A stretch of DNA of 63,992 bases, the filler included, from Basidiobolus ranarum (lineage: Eukaryota): NCBI GenBank assembly GCA_040143965.1. It is 10 parts of 10 records of this genome, joined end to end, with 100 filler letters (N's around TTAATTAATTAA, not from the genome) between each part and the next. Parts side by side here need not be neighbours in the genome. Positions count along the whole stretch, not along the records: positions 45,169 to 51,498 come from JASJQH010001341.1; positions 51,599 to 57,926 come from JASJQH010001342.1; positions 58,027 to 63,992 come from JASJQH010001449.1; 7 more parts are not named here. The stretch is one strand, 5' to 3'. The position numbers and the translations under genes are program-made. Shown piece after piece: positions 49,424-62,002 of this stretch. A model generated the notes under the pieces. That model searched no databases and was not told the origin of the DNA. It worked only from the letters and a program-made list of their open reading frames with translations. Each line of letters begins with the position of its first letter. Within the stretch, counting starts at the first letter, position 1.

Positions 49424-49586
49424 GTAGATAACCAATAATCACTATATTCTTTTTTTCTTTTTTCACGTCTCGATTTTTTTTTTATTCCTACCTGATTGTA
49501 TAGCTTGTCTAGCACATTGTGGTATTCTCTTTTGTTCAACAAAGGGAACACTGTCGTATTTCTTTTGTGCTTATCTTTAGTTAGCC

Positions 49587-51166
49587 ATGTCCCCCAAAAA
49601 GACTGATCAAACCGTAGCCGAGAAGCAACAGCAAGGTGACTTCCTTATTAAGCCCACCAACACTGTTCCTGCTCTCGATACCTCCAAGTGGCCATTGTTG
49701 TTGAAGGTATTGTCGCTATCTTTATTAATATGAATTTCCGAGTGCTAAATCATCTTCATCTATTCTAATTGACTGATCTAGAACTACGACAAACTCAACG
49801 TCAGAACTGGTCACTATACTCCTATCCCTAATGGTTGCTCTCCTTTGAAGCGTGAATTACGCGAGTACATCAGGTAACTACTTTGTTTCATATTTTTCTT
49901 CAAGATCTCTGGCTAACGCATATATATAGATATGGTGTTATCAATCTTGATAAGCCAGCCAACCCTTCTTCCCACGAAGTTGTTGCTTGGATTAGAAGAA
50001 TTCTTCGTTGTGACAAGACTGGTCACAGTGGTACTCTCGATCCTAAGGTTACCGGTTGTTTGATTGTTTGCATTGACAGAGCTACCCGTTTGGTCAAGTC
50101 TCAACAAGGTGCTGGTAAAGAGTACGTTTGCGTTCTTCGTCTTCACGATGCTGTCGATGATGAGAAGAAGGTTACTCAAGCCATTGAGACCTTAACTGGT
50201 TCTCTATTCCAAAGACCTCCTCTTATATCTGCTGTCAAGCGTCAATTACGTATTCGTACCGTTTACGAGTCCAAGCTTTTCGAGTTTGATAACGACAGAC
50301 ATTTGGGTGTCTTCTGGGCCAGTTGCGAAGCTGGTACTTACATGAGAACCTTGTGTGTCCATCTTGGTTTACTCCTTGGTGTTGGTGGTCATATGCAAGA
50401 ACTTCGTCGTGTTCGTTCCGGTGCTCTCTCAGAAAACGAGGGTATGGTTACCATGCACGATGTCTTGGATGCCCAATGGGTATATGACAACACTAAAGAT
50501 GAGACCTATCTCCGTCGTGTGATCCGTCCTCTTGAAATGCTTCTTGTCTCATACAAGCGTATTGTCATCAAGGACAGTGCTGTCAACGCTATCTGCTATG
50601 GTGCCAAGGTTATGGTTCCTGGTTTACTTCGTTATGAATCTGGTATTGAGGTCGGAGAGGAAGTCGTTCTTATGACCACCAAGGGTGAGGCTATTGCCTT
50701 AGGTATTGCCATGATGACTACCGCTGTTATGGCTACTTGCGATCACGGTGTTGTTGCCAAGATCAAGAGAGTTGTCATGGAGCGTGATACTTATCCTCGC
50801 AAGTGGGGATTAGGTCCTAAGGCTCTTGAGAAGAAGAAGATGATCAAGGAGGGTAAACTCGATAAATATGGTCGTGCTAACGAACAAACTCCTAGCTCAT
50901 GGAAGGGCTCCTATGTCGACTATAATGACAGTGAAGCCGCCGCTGCCGCTACTCCCTCCACCCCTGCTGCTCCTATTACCCCTGTCGCTCAAAAGACTAT
51001 TGTAGAGGAGATGAAGGTTGAGACCCCTGTTGAAGAGCCTAAGAAGAGAAAGGCCGAAAGCAGTGATTCTGAAGAGGAAAAGAAGGAGAAGAAGAAGGAA
51101 AAGAAGGAGAAAAAGGACAAGAAAGAGAAGAAGGAGAAGAAATCTAAGAAGTCCAAGTCTGAGTAA
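49587..51166 (+). CDS. CBF5: H/ACA pseudouridine synthase Cbf5/dyskerin (introns about 49707-49781 and 49874-49929)
   Basis: [39 protein letters not shown] domain, KKE-rich tail. Confidence 0.98.
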
Positions 51167-51837
51167 AGCTTGATCTTTTTTTGGTGATTAATATATAGCG
51201 TAACATCTTATATATCACTTGGCGCTTCAAATTCACTACCTTTCTTTGTCTGTTCATTCTATATTCTTTGATTCTTTTCTATAGGAATTACTTGTTTTCA
51301 ATCTTAAGTCCATACACATGTACCCGCCTTTTGTTTGTACTCACAGCTCTTTACTTTAAGACAGCTGCTTATTATGTAAATCTCGAAAGTTGATAGAGGT
51401 CGGCCAGAGTTTTCACACTTCTTTTCTTGATCGGAAAACCATGTATTGCCACCATACTCAGAAAAGATCGAAAAATAAAACTTTAGAATTATATTATTNN
51501 NNNNNNNNNNNNNNNNNNNNNNNNNNNNNNNNNNNNNNNNNNTTAATTAATTAANNNNNNNNNNNNNNNNNNNNNNNNNNNNNNNNNNNNNNNNNNNNAT
51601 TCTTGTTTTCAAATGAAAGCCAAATATTTCCTTATCAGTCTATGGCTGGTAGTTTAGTGTATATCATGGCTGGAACATGTCCAGATATTGTATGGGACGG
51701 CTCTTGCCCTGAAAGAACTTTATTTATTCCATAACACCAATCTGCTTGATCCTCTCTATATACAAACCGTACTTAAAACGAAGCGTGATAAAGAGTTAAC
51801 CCAGAAGATTATTGATTTCATTGGGGACTCATAACAG

Positions 51838-52656
51838 ATGTTAAAGGCACGAAAACTATCAACTGAAGAGAAACAGACACGCGGTGATAACAATCATTAC
51901 CAATCCACCACCAAAGGTTCTATAAAACGTAAACTGTCGAGTTTGTTTCTAAGTGGCCACCATAAAAACTCCTCTTTTGATGTGGATGAGGAACTTTCGG
52001 CGGTACCCCGTACAAACCTCGTGGGCTCAAGTACCTCCAAAAAAATAAGTCTCAAAATCAAATCTCTCAGTCGGTTTCTTGTCTTCTCGCTTTATCAAAA
52101 GAAACCTAGAGATGTTTCGAGTCTGATATCTGAAAGTAGTACTTTCTCTGAGCCCTCAGTCAATAGTTCAATTCCCCAAAGTAGAAAGCCCGGTTACTCT
52201 AAGCAAACTGTAAGTCGACGCAAGTTCAAGACCAACAAAGCGTCTCAGGTCCGATACTCAGCACCTGCCACGAAGGCATCTGAGCCTCCTCTAATTCAAC
52301 AAACACATCACACATACAACGTCAGCCTAAGAAAACTAAACAAGATTGAACGTAGACCACTTGTTCAAGTGCTATTGATTCATCAAACTATGTCGAAAAC
52401 TAGAGTTAATTTACAACTAAAGGGATTGCACTCGCCGAACAACATACGTAGCAATAAAAACAATATTTTTCGAAAACTTGGCCATGCTTCAACCATCACC
52501 GGACCTCCCTCCACCCCTCGTTCTTTGAGTCCCAAAAATAGGTGTCAAAGTTTATCCGCTATCGCAAATCACGATGACAATGTTCCTCTTGGTTTGCTAC
52601 AAAAAGAGTTGTTGCAATATAATCACCTCACGACCAAGATGGTGACTGTAGGATAA
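51838..52656 (+). CDS. Hypothetical basic, Ser/Lys-rich protein (272 aa)
   Basis: Long ATG-initiated ORF with LRKL...RRPLVQVLLI and DDNVPLG motifs. No family confidently recognised. Confidence 0.6.
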   Translation: MLKARKLSTEEKQTRGDNNHYQSTTKGSIKRKLSSLFLSGHHKNSSFDVDEELSAVPRTNLVGSSTSKKISLKIKSLSRFLVFSLYQKKPRDVSSLISESSTFSEPSVNSSIPQSRKPGYSKQTVSRRKFKTNKASQVRYSAPATKASEPPLIQQTHHTYNVSLRKLNKIERRPLVQVLLIHQTMSKTRVNLQLKGLHSPNNIRSNKNNIFRKLGHASTITGPPSTPRSLSPKNRCQSLSAIANHDDNVPLGLLQKELLQYNHLTTKMVTVG

Positions 52657-53065
52657 AGATTCAACTTTCGCTCAAGCCTTGTCTACCATCTGTATATTTC
52701 GGAAACTTTCTAGCATCAAAACGGCTCATTTAGGCTCACATTACCTCGCACACTAAAAACAAGTGCATTGTAAGCCTCTATCGAGATTTTCAAACAACCT
52801 TGATTTAACATGGCATTGCGTGTACATACACACACTAGGATCAACATTCAAAATAAAGTTAATCTTCTATTCATTTGGTGTTACTATCGTTTATAAGATC
52901 TCGTAAAATAGACTATCAGAGTCCTCAGTTAGCGGCGGTAAATATGTGAACCATGCATTCTACAATTTGAGCTTTTTTCAAATCTCGCTCACTGCTACTT
53001 CACGACCTTTCGAAGATTTAGTTACGGAAATCGTCAAAAATGTCTACATTTATTGATGAACTATT

Positions 53066-54232
53066 TCACATGTTTCTTCGCAATTTAGCTATTAGATTTC
53101 GCTTCCAAACAAGATACTCGCGATAATCCTGTGTTTCTCTGAAGTAAGTATCGTTGGCCTAGACAAATAGCAGCGTTAATAGGTGTACCTGGGTTATGGG
53201 ATACAAATCAATAGAACACATCTAAGTCAGATACTTTACCATTGCTGTAACAGCATTTAGAGGCTCAAACACGGTTTTTTCCGCCGAGGCGCTTGTTGTG
53301 ATTGGATTTTTCAATGTTGCTAGCTTAACAGCGACAAGTCGGAGTTGTTTCAGTGGTTTAGGTCGCTCTTTGGTAGGGATACTGACACAATTCACAGGTT
53401 TACTCTCTTGGATATTAATATTACTTGGAGGGATATCGTTCTCTTTCTTCGTTTTCTTCTTTTTGGGAACTACATTTTCTGGTCTATTACTAGGCATGAA
53501 ATCATCAGAGCCTCCTTCGTCATAACTATTATCAGATTCTAATGAGTTAATTCCTCTTTTTGTATTTTGAAGTTTCATTTGAGAGAAAAAGTTTAACGTT
53601 TCTCCTGCGAAATCGTTAAAATGTTCTGTCACTTGTTTGAATTCAAAATTGGTAGCGCAAACTTCATCCATAACCTTTTGTTTATCAATCTGATATCCGA
53701 ACTGAGTAGCTGTAAGATAAAATCCGGCCCCGACAAATACCGGGCTGGTAACTGCTTCTGGCTCATCGTAACTAGTCTTCATATCGTCCAGAAGTGCGTG
53801 TATTTCATGATATATACAACCACACTTGAACTCCTCTGTAAAGTAGCTTATCAACACTTCAGCGTCTTGGTGTAACACGTAACGAGACTCGCTCAATTTC
53901 TTTAAGTATGTTTTCTCATCCAGGTTGTTTAACTCAAGTGCTGTAGACCGATCAAAATCCTCGTCGAGACTTTGATGACAAATGAGTAAAATAAAAATCA
54001 ATAATCAATCGTGAAGTTAGGCTTTAGTTGTGGGGAAAAGAGATCATTTGTACCTTTGGCAAGCTAGCTCAATAAAAGCTAGCTTATAGTAGAACATCAG
54101 CGAACTTAGCATCCTATTTCCAAGCTTTTCAGTGGCGCGAGTCTTAAATTTGTTCGCCTTGGCACTTATATTCACATTATAATCCAATTCAAGTTGTTTA
54201 ACCAGTTGCTCTATGTCCATATTGTCAGCCAT
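53066..54232 (-). CDS. ORC6: Origin recognition complex subunit 6 (3 exons)
   Basis: TFIIB-like N-terminus (AFIELAC|.LDEDFDR..A), PVFVGAGFY, and the C-terminal ORC6 motif DYREYLVWKR after splicing. Confidence 0.8.
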
Positions 54233-54736
54233 ACTCAACTGCAGTGTACAAATGAATGCTGTATGAAGGATGGAATTTATAAAATGTGTATTTAATAAAT
54301 TTGATCTGTTAGTCAACATACAAAGCATCCAATTAGATTTGAACATTCAGCTTAGCCTCAGAAAATTAGTTGCAATGGATTTTACCTTGTTGATTGATGT
54401 CTGATATGTTCGAATACACGGGAATATACAATCAAGGATACCATCTATCCAATCAGTAATTAACATCTACAGGGTCACAACAAGGTATCAAGATGCGATT
54501 TCTCCTTTTCTTTTGCAGCAAAATGTTGCTTGGGCCCTCCCTACATTACTCTCTGAACTAATCAATGCATTAAATCGTTGCCGGGAAAGTAAAAAAAACT
54601 TCATACTGCTTTGTGCGATTTACCTCGGTGATTTCCTCACTATTTTAGTATACGTAAAGGAAGTGAGTTGAAGAAACTAATAGAGATACGAAATATCATT
54701 TTCAATAAGTAGATAGATTTTATTTACCAAGTGTTT

Positions 54737-56716
54737 TCAACTTGGTTTATTGAAGTGATTCTCCAGGCTGGTTAACCTTTTTTTCAAACTTTTGCCAACG
54801 TGATTTCCTCTCAGTATTAGATGAGTTTCAAGTGTTTTCCTGATTGATTGGAGTCTTCCTGTAATAGGAAGGGAACCACAGGTTTGTGGATTTAATAAAG
54901 TATGAAATACGTACTGCCATAGTTCGACTTGCCAATATCTTTTGAAAGGAAGAATCGGTTGATAAACCTTTTGTGAGTGGTCTTTGTTATGAAGGACTGT
55001 TTGTGTGACTTCTAGATACTTTCCATGTAACATAGTGTGAATGACATTTGCTAGTCCATAGTAATCAATTTGGTAAGTCCAAACCCTTCTTTGTCGTATT
55101 TCTGGGCAATCATAGATATTTCCATTGTGACGAGACAAAAATCCGCTGTTGTTAGGGAATAAGGACAAATCAATTGCTCTGCCGAAATCTATTATTTTCA
55201 ACCCTTTAGCGTGCCAACCCTGCTCTCCTTCAGGGGCGTAACTTTCGTCCCAGTGGTCGACCTTTTCCATTCGAAGTAGTATGTTATCAACTTTGAGATC
55301 CGAATGCAAAATTTGTGCGTTGTGAAGCCCTTCAATGATTTTTAAAATCTCTACTGCAAAAAACATGACTGTTATCTCGTCCATGAGCTTCCCTTGAACT
55401 TTATGGTAGTTGACGACATCTAAGAGGGTTCCTTGAGTAGAGCACTCCATGAGAAGATAACTCATATCCTGGTAATAGTATAAGGCATAGGGCTTTACGA
55501 TCATTTTCGATAACTTAGAGCAAAGACGCTGATGAAGTTGGTTCAATATGTGGAATTCCCAAGCATCAGCTGGAGTTTGAACTTTCATAGCTGAGTAAAA
55601 GGCCTCCATTTGCACCTGATTAACCAATTCTGGTGTAGAGTCCAAACTCTGTACAAGATAAACTTTCCCAAAGCCACCTTCTCCTAGTTTTTTCTGAACA
55701 ATGAAAGAGCTATTTCCCAAAAATAGTAGGGATCTTTTAACTGATTTAGAAATACTTTTTCGGCCAGGTTTCGTTGTGTTTTGCAGAAGTTTGGAATGAC
55801 CTTTAGCATGTTCTCGTAAATTGAAGAAGCCCGGATATTGTGATAGAAGAGTCGAAATATTTTCTAGAAATTGAGCTACCAGCTTTGAGTTATGTGGATC
55901 GCAAATTTCCGCGTACTCAGGTTCACAGGCTTGATATTTTGAGGGATGTCCCTTTGTTTCTTCTAACTTCGTCTCCACCGATTTATCCTTTTTGAGGGGA
56001 ATGTTTTCTGTAGATAGATGTTGGGTCTCATAACTTGGAAGCTTGGTAACTGACTGAGATAGCAACTCTGTTACCGGATGAGTACTCTCAGTATTCCTAT
56101 TTAAACAATACCTCGTCAGAGTAGAACGGATTTCCTCGAAACACTTTTCCTCGACATCATAAGCCCGTCGAATTGCTACAACCAATTTAATCTTGGTTTT
56201 TTTAGGGTAGTCGCATTTAGTAACGGGTAGCGATCTATATTTCCTCCACAATTGATCTAATGGTTTAGCCTTTTGATTGATGCCCAGCAGGTATATCTCC
56301 TTTGCTTTATCAATCCTAAACAGCAACATTCAATGAGAATCAGAAAGACATATTTGTTGGTGGTGAACCAAGAGTTACCTTCCCCTTTCCAGCCAACATC
56401 TAGCGTATTCCTCGTAAAATGCTGCCAACCCCCTTCCAATTTGCAACACCTCCATCTTTCTAAATACATTTAAGGGAGAAGATGAATTACGTGATCTTAG
56501 TAGCCAAATATTCAAGTAGCGTGAATCGTTGATATATTTCTTGTCATCAGAAAAAAGTTTGGTGATTTTCTTCAACAAGGGTTTCAAGGATTCTGGTGAA
56601 TCGATTGTTAATAGAAAATCCAAACTCTCCAGATAAACTCCCAAAGGATCTTCCGAGTCATTGCAGGTATCCTCGGTTGAAACGTTTATAAATTTTGTTG
56701 TTTGTGTTGTCTCCAT
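54737..56716 (-). CDS. BUB1: Spindle checkpoint kinase Bub1 (Mad3/Bub1 TPR, GLEBS-like motif, kinase; one intron about 56378-56316)
   Basis: EDPLG.Y, Y.ND.RYL.IW, IG...A.FYEEYA, GI...AKP, EKCFEEIR; kinase GEGGFGKV, WEFHIL, HSDLKVDN, IIDFGRAID, WTYQIDYYG, FKRYWQ. Confidence 0.92.
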
Positions 56717-58026
56717 CAACCTTTACCGTCAGGAATCCGGTGGATACGATTTCTTTGAAAGAGCATTATTTATATGTTGATCCTTGTAGCTCCAAGATCT
56801 AAATGGAATACTATCAAGTACCTTTCTATGTCGCATCAATATACCTTTCTCTTTCAGCTGAACGGCGCTCTGAGCCTATAACGGAGATTGATGAGCGAAA
56901 TTTTGTCATGCCAATATCAAACCATCCAATGACTTACTCAATAAGCTGCTGGCGAACTGTCAACATTGTGAGCTTGACATCCCATTAGTAGATTGATACT
57001 TGGATCCAACAACCAGCCCCACTTTACAAGTGGAGTAATAAAGAGTAATTAGAAAGATCGCCCTCTGATAGTGGCCCATATTATCGTCGACTAGTCCGGT
57101 CCATCACAGCCAAAAACAATGCCTTCACATAGGATTAGGAGCTAGCCACTTTACTGCGACTGCGTTGATCAATCCTAAAATATAAGGAGAAGGAAGGTTC
57201 ATCGGCATATGTCTATGGTAATTATATTCCAATACTCAAGTGAAACTTAACAGGGGGACCATCTCTACTAACACCTGACCTTTCTAGACTTGTTATTAAA
57301 TTCTGAGATCCCGAGGTACTTCACCTGATACTCAACCCCGTTTATCCACTCAGGAATGATGAGGTTTTACCTTGGATTCATATAGCCTTTCAGGACATAG
57401 TCCACATCCATAAATAGGTAACGGCAGCATGCCAGGTTTGGTACCTTGATCTACAACAATAAACAGTCGTTCTAAAATGGGTTGAACAAATGGAACCCTC
57501 AACACCTCACATTCATAATTGATCTCTACTCTTCCTCATGGCCACCTAGTTCATCTCCATGTATTCAATTTAAGATTGCAAGTTACTCCACTTACGTGGC
57601 AACAACTATTCCACTGGGTGAATTTTAGATTGCTTTATGTGTAAAATATGATCACTTTGTTTCTTTTGAGAAAGAACCACAATTCTTGAATATTGTATAA
57701 TATCATGGGTGGGTATCAGACTACATTCTATCGTCGTGAAGTCCTGGTGAGCTTGAAAACCCAACATTTATTAACGGGTATATAATAACATGACTGACAA
57801 GGATATATATGTATAATATGAACAAGGTGACTCTTTTCAATGGGGGTTTTGTTGGCAAGGAAAACCTAGTTTCTATGTATGCATGAGATATATGGGTGAA
57901 GGGAGTCTGTAGCGCTTTGGACATTTNNNNNNNNNNNNNNNNNNNNNNNNNNNNNNNNNNNNNNNNNNNNTTAATTAATTAANNNNNNNNNNNNNNNNNN
58001 NNNNNNNNNNNNNNNNNNNNNNNNNN

Positions 58027-58191
58027 GCACAAGTTTGAAAAATCTATATATCTGAGAACTTCTAAGTTGGTAAAAATATTCTAAGTAAATTCCGATTGAG
58101 AATAATTGATAATATCTTGGTGAGTGATAAGATAACTAAGTACCAAGCTATATATGACTATATAGATGCTTAGGCAATGCTAATTTCAACA
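58027..58191 (+). mobile_element. LTR-like repeat family A, 3' part
   Basis: Ends GCTAATTTCAACA. Near-identical to 150-313. Confidence 0.85.
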
Positions 58192-58933
58192 GAGAAGACA
58201 TTAAATTACTGATTGATAGAGTCACTATTTTAGTGGATGAAACAGAATGCATTGGAGTACCTACTACTGATCATGATATCATAGTTACAGTCCTGAATAG
58301 CCTGCCACATAGGTTTCAGAGCCTAGTAATGGCTCTAGAATCAAGAACTGAAAATTTGACCTCAAATCATATACTTGGCAGACTTCTGGATCAAGATTTA
58401 TGCATAATGGGATCCAACCAATGGGATGAAGAAAATGCTTGAACAGGCTATGGGAAACCTTCCTATAAAGGTCAAAAGCACTTTAAGAAGAAAAGTAACA
58501 CATACTGTGATTACTGTGAATGAACTGACATTTAAGAAAAGATTGTTTTAAAAGAATTGCAAAAGAAGAAAATATACTAATCTGGAAATGTGGTTGCAGC
58601 AGAAGATCATTTGTCCTGATCTGTTCTATCTATAACTACCAACAAGGATTCTCAGATGTGGTATATTGTTTCTGGAGCCTCCCAACATTTCACAAATGAA
58701 AACATTGGTTTGTGGATTATGAAGAAATCCCAATTAGAAAGGTTTTCATGGGAGATGACCGCACATTGGATGCTATTTGAATGGGAACAATTCAGGTCAA
58801 TTTAACTGGAGCTTCTGAAGAGAAAGTGCATACTTTTAAAGATGTATGGCATGTTCCAGATATTGCCAAGAATTTAGTATTTATATACAATGCTATCTCA
58901 GAAGAGCTAAAATTCAATTTTGATAAGTCAAGA
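58192..58933 (+). mobile_element. Decayed Ty1/copia gag-protease segment
   Basis: VLNSLP..F.SLV.ALE (gag UBN2), broken CCHC knuckle, WYI.SGASQHFT, V..GD...L, DVWHVP.IAKNL. Confidence 0.85.
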
Positions 58934-60684
58934 TGTGCAGGATAATTAATCATTATTCAACATCATAGTTAACTTTACTTATGATACATATATCAGAAAC
59001 AGAAGGCAATGTATTTAGAGCACCTATATTCTAAATAGGAATATCTTTATATCTACATATCAAGTATGTCTCATTACCCCCACCTATCTATTATATTTTA
59101 TTACACAAACTTCTCAATATCTCAAACAATTCATTTACTTTTCTATTATATAAGTCACCATATACTGTTAAGAATAAAGTAACTGAAACACACTATTGTA
59201 AGTTGCTTCTAATACCCAAAGTCTACCCCCATTATGTCAAGATCCTCCAACATGGTAGCAGCAAGTGAATAGAGTCTTCTTCCCAAAAGGAGATTACTAA
59301 TATTCTAAAAATCAATGGGGAAGATTCCCATGAATGGAAATTGAAGATGCAACTTGTGCTTGAAGGGAAACATGTCTGGGAAGTAGTTCAACCAGATGAA
59401 GAAGAAGAAACTTCTGAAGAAGAAAGTACTTATTCTGACACTGAAACAAAGAAGCCAACACATAAAGAAGCCAGGGTAACCTTCAAAGAAAAAGGCAGAA
59501 TGGCATATAGGGAAATATGTCTAAGACTGGGATCATAATAACTTATGCTAGTCAGAGATGTTGACTCTACCAAGAATACATAGGAAATCCTAGTGGAACA
59601 TTACAAGCAAACAGGGCTTGCTCACTTGATGATGCTACAAAGAAATTTCTTAAACTCTTGTATGTCTGAGGATTCAGATATTATGACATATGTAAATGGT
59701 ATCAAGAAACTTGCCCCGCAACTGGAATCAGTAAATTATGAAGTACCTGAAATGAATATAATTCTCACCATAATCAATGGTCTCCCTGAATCATATTCAG
59801 GCCTTATACTCACTTTGGAAGCAATTGGGGATAAGCTTACTTAGCATTATCTTATCACTCATCTATGTCAAGAAGAATTTAAAAGGAAAGACAAAACTCA
59901 GCTTGCAGATGAAACAAAAACTATACAAGCATTTTTTCTCAAAATACCCAACCAGAAAGGAGTGCTGTGAAATATTACAAATGTGGAAAACTGGGACATA
60001 TAGCATGTTATTGCAGATCAAAGAAGAAATGGGTTTCAAAGAAAAAGGAAGCATGTTACACCACTAAAAGAGGGAATGAACACTATGTACTTATGGCAAC
60101 CTCTAAATCAGGAAATGACTCTGCTGATTTATAGATACTAGATTCTGGTGCAAGTGATCATAACTGTCACAATAGAAACATGATGCATGACTATATGGAA
60201 ATAGAACCTCTGGACATCATGTTAGCTGGAAGAAACAAACCAGTTGCATATGGAATGGGAAAGGTCACACTCAACTTACAAATAAGTTAAACCAAAAGTA
60301 TAATGGTAACCTTGGAAGATGTCTTATATATTCCAACTGTTACAACAAATCTGCTTTCAATTGGAGCAATTGAAAAGAAACATTATGATGTCAAGTTCAG
60401 CCAAGGAAAAGCAACCATATACAAATCAAAGGACTTGATAGTAGCAACTGGAACAAGAATTGGAAATCTATATCACCTGGATACTGCACTAATAACTGAG
60501 ACTGTCTCTAACTTTGCAACAGTTACTTCTGGAAACTTGATGACTTGGCATCAGCACTTGGGTCATCTAAGCTAGAATAGTGTGAAACTATTATATAAAA
60601 GTAGCCTATGTACTGGAATGGATCTTAAGCCCTCAGATATTACTCAATGTGAAAGCTATATTGAAGGGAAAATCACCAGAAAAC
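58934..60684 (+). mobile_element. Ty1/copia element (family C): 5' LTR 58934-59252, PBS, decayed gag-protease-GAG-pre-integrase
   Basis: LTR TGT...CAACA immediately followed by PBS TGGTAGCAG (59253; complementary to an initiator tRNA-Met 3' end). WKLKM..VL....VWEVV, C..C.K.GH, ILDSGASDH, VLYIP...NLLSI, WHQHLGH. Confidence 0.9.
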
Positions 60685-61020
60685 TGTTAAAGTATTTGGA
60701 AGCCTGTTGGAAGTGGTTTGGAGAATTAGAGGAATTGGTGGTATTCACTTATTGATTTATTGAGTAGAAAGTTAACATTTATAGTTTTGTCACAATGTAA
60801 GCAAACTAACGTGTAGAATATGTTAAGGAAGGTCCCAGGAACATGTGTGCAAAGTTTGGGGCTTCTAGCACAAGTTTGAAAAATCTATATATCTGAGAAC
60901 TTCTAAGTTGATAAAAATATTCTAAGTAAATTCCAATTGAGACTAATTAATAATATCTTAGTGAATTATAAGCTAACTAAGTACTAAGCTATATATGACT
61001 ATATAGGTGCTTAGGCAATG
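60685..61020 (+). mobile_element. LTR-like repeat family A, nearly full length (last about 12 bp missing)
   Basis: Starts TGTTAAAGTATT and interrupts the family C copia element. Confidence 0.88.
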
Positions 61021-61741
61021 AAGATGCCAAGGTACACATTTACTCTGCTTACTCATTGTAAATCCTTATATTAACTAGTAGTGTTAGGTGATCCTCAAAA
61101 ATGGAGAGACGTACTCAAGTGATCATATTGTGAGTGCCATTCCATCCATCAAGCTCTCTTCATTACTGCCTAAATCCATTCCTACTCTGAACAAAACTGT
61201 TGGCACCAACATTGGTGTGGTGAACCTGTTGTTCTCTGGTAAGGATGTCCTGCCAATTCAAGGCTTTGGATACTTGGTCCCTCCCATTGAGAAGGAACCT
61301 GTTCTTGGGGTTGTGTTTGACTCCTCCAATTTACCTGAGCAAGACCATGGTAAAGACATTACTAGAATCACTGCTATGATGGGAGGTCACAGATTCCAGG
61401 AATTATTTGGAGAACTAGAGACTGCCAGTAAAGAACAGATACTTGAAATGACCAAATCCACTATTTCTAGACAGTTAGGAATCCAGAAAGAGCCTATTGA
61501 GCCTCAAGTTTCAGTTCTCCCTGAATGTATTCCTCAGTACTTGGTTGGTCATCAAGAGAGACTTGTCAAAACCAATTCTGACTTGAAGAAGCTCTATCCA
61601 GATGAACTTAGTGTGACAGGTGCCTCTTACTTGGGAGTTTCTGTCAATGACTGTGTTGCCTCTTCCTACAAACTTGTCAATTCACTTGTTGCTTCCAAAT
61701 TTAAGGGTATCACTGGCTTAGAGAAAACCAGTAGATACTAA
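61021..61741 (+). pseudogene. HEM14: Protoporphyrinogen oxidase 3' fragment (tiny exon remnant, intron 61032-61087, last exon)
   Basis: GFGYLVP, LGVVFDS, TRITAMMGG, CIPQYLVGH, TGASYLGVSVNDCV. The N-terminal FAD-binding half is absent and replaced by the LTR. Confidence 0.75.
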
Positions 61742-61849
61742 TCAGGTATTTTGTTTATATTTAGTTCTCATGAATCAATTTAATAAACAATCAATTTAGT
61801 AAACAATCCATGGATTATGCCATTATCATATCTAAATACTCATATAAAT

Positions 61850-62002
61850 TTAGTGTGTCACATTTTCTTCCATTCAATATTGATGTAAGCAAATCCATTA
61901 AAGGTCTGGTTAATATGTCAGCTATCATACTTTTTGTTGAACAATAAGTTAAATCAATATACTTACTTTCAATAGACTCCCTAATAGAGTGATGCTTAAT
62001 AT
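61850..62002 (-). mobile_element. Ty1/copia RNase H remnant
   Basis: HHSIRE.I....IDL.YCST..MIADILTRPL (copia ADxxTK motif). Confidence 0.8.

Noticed and set aside
53066-56716. ORC6-BUB1 adjacency as a cell-cycle gene cluster
   Set aside because: Two neighbouring genes are easily explained by chance, and no shared motif was identified.
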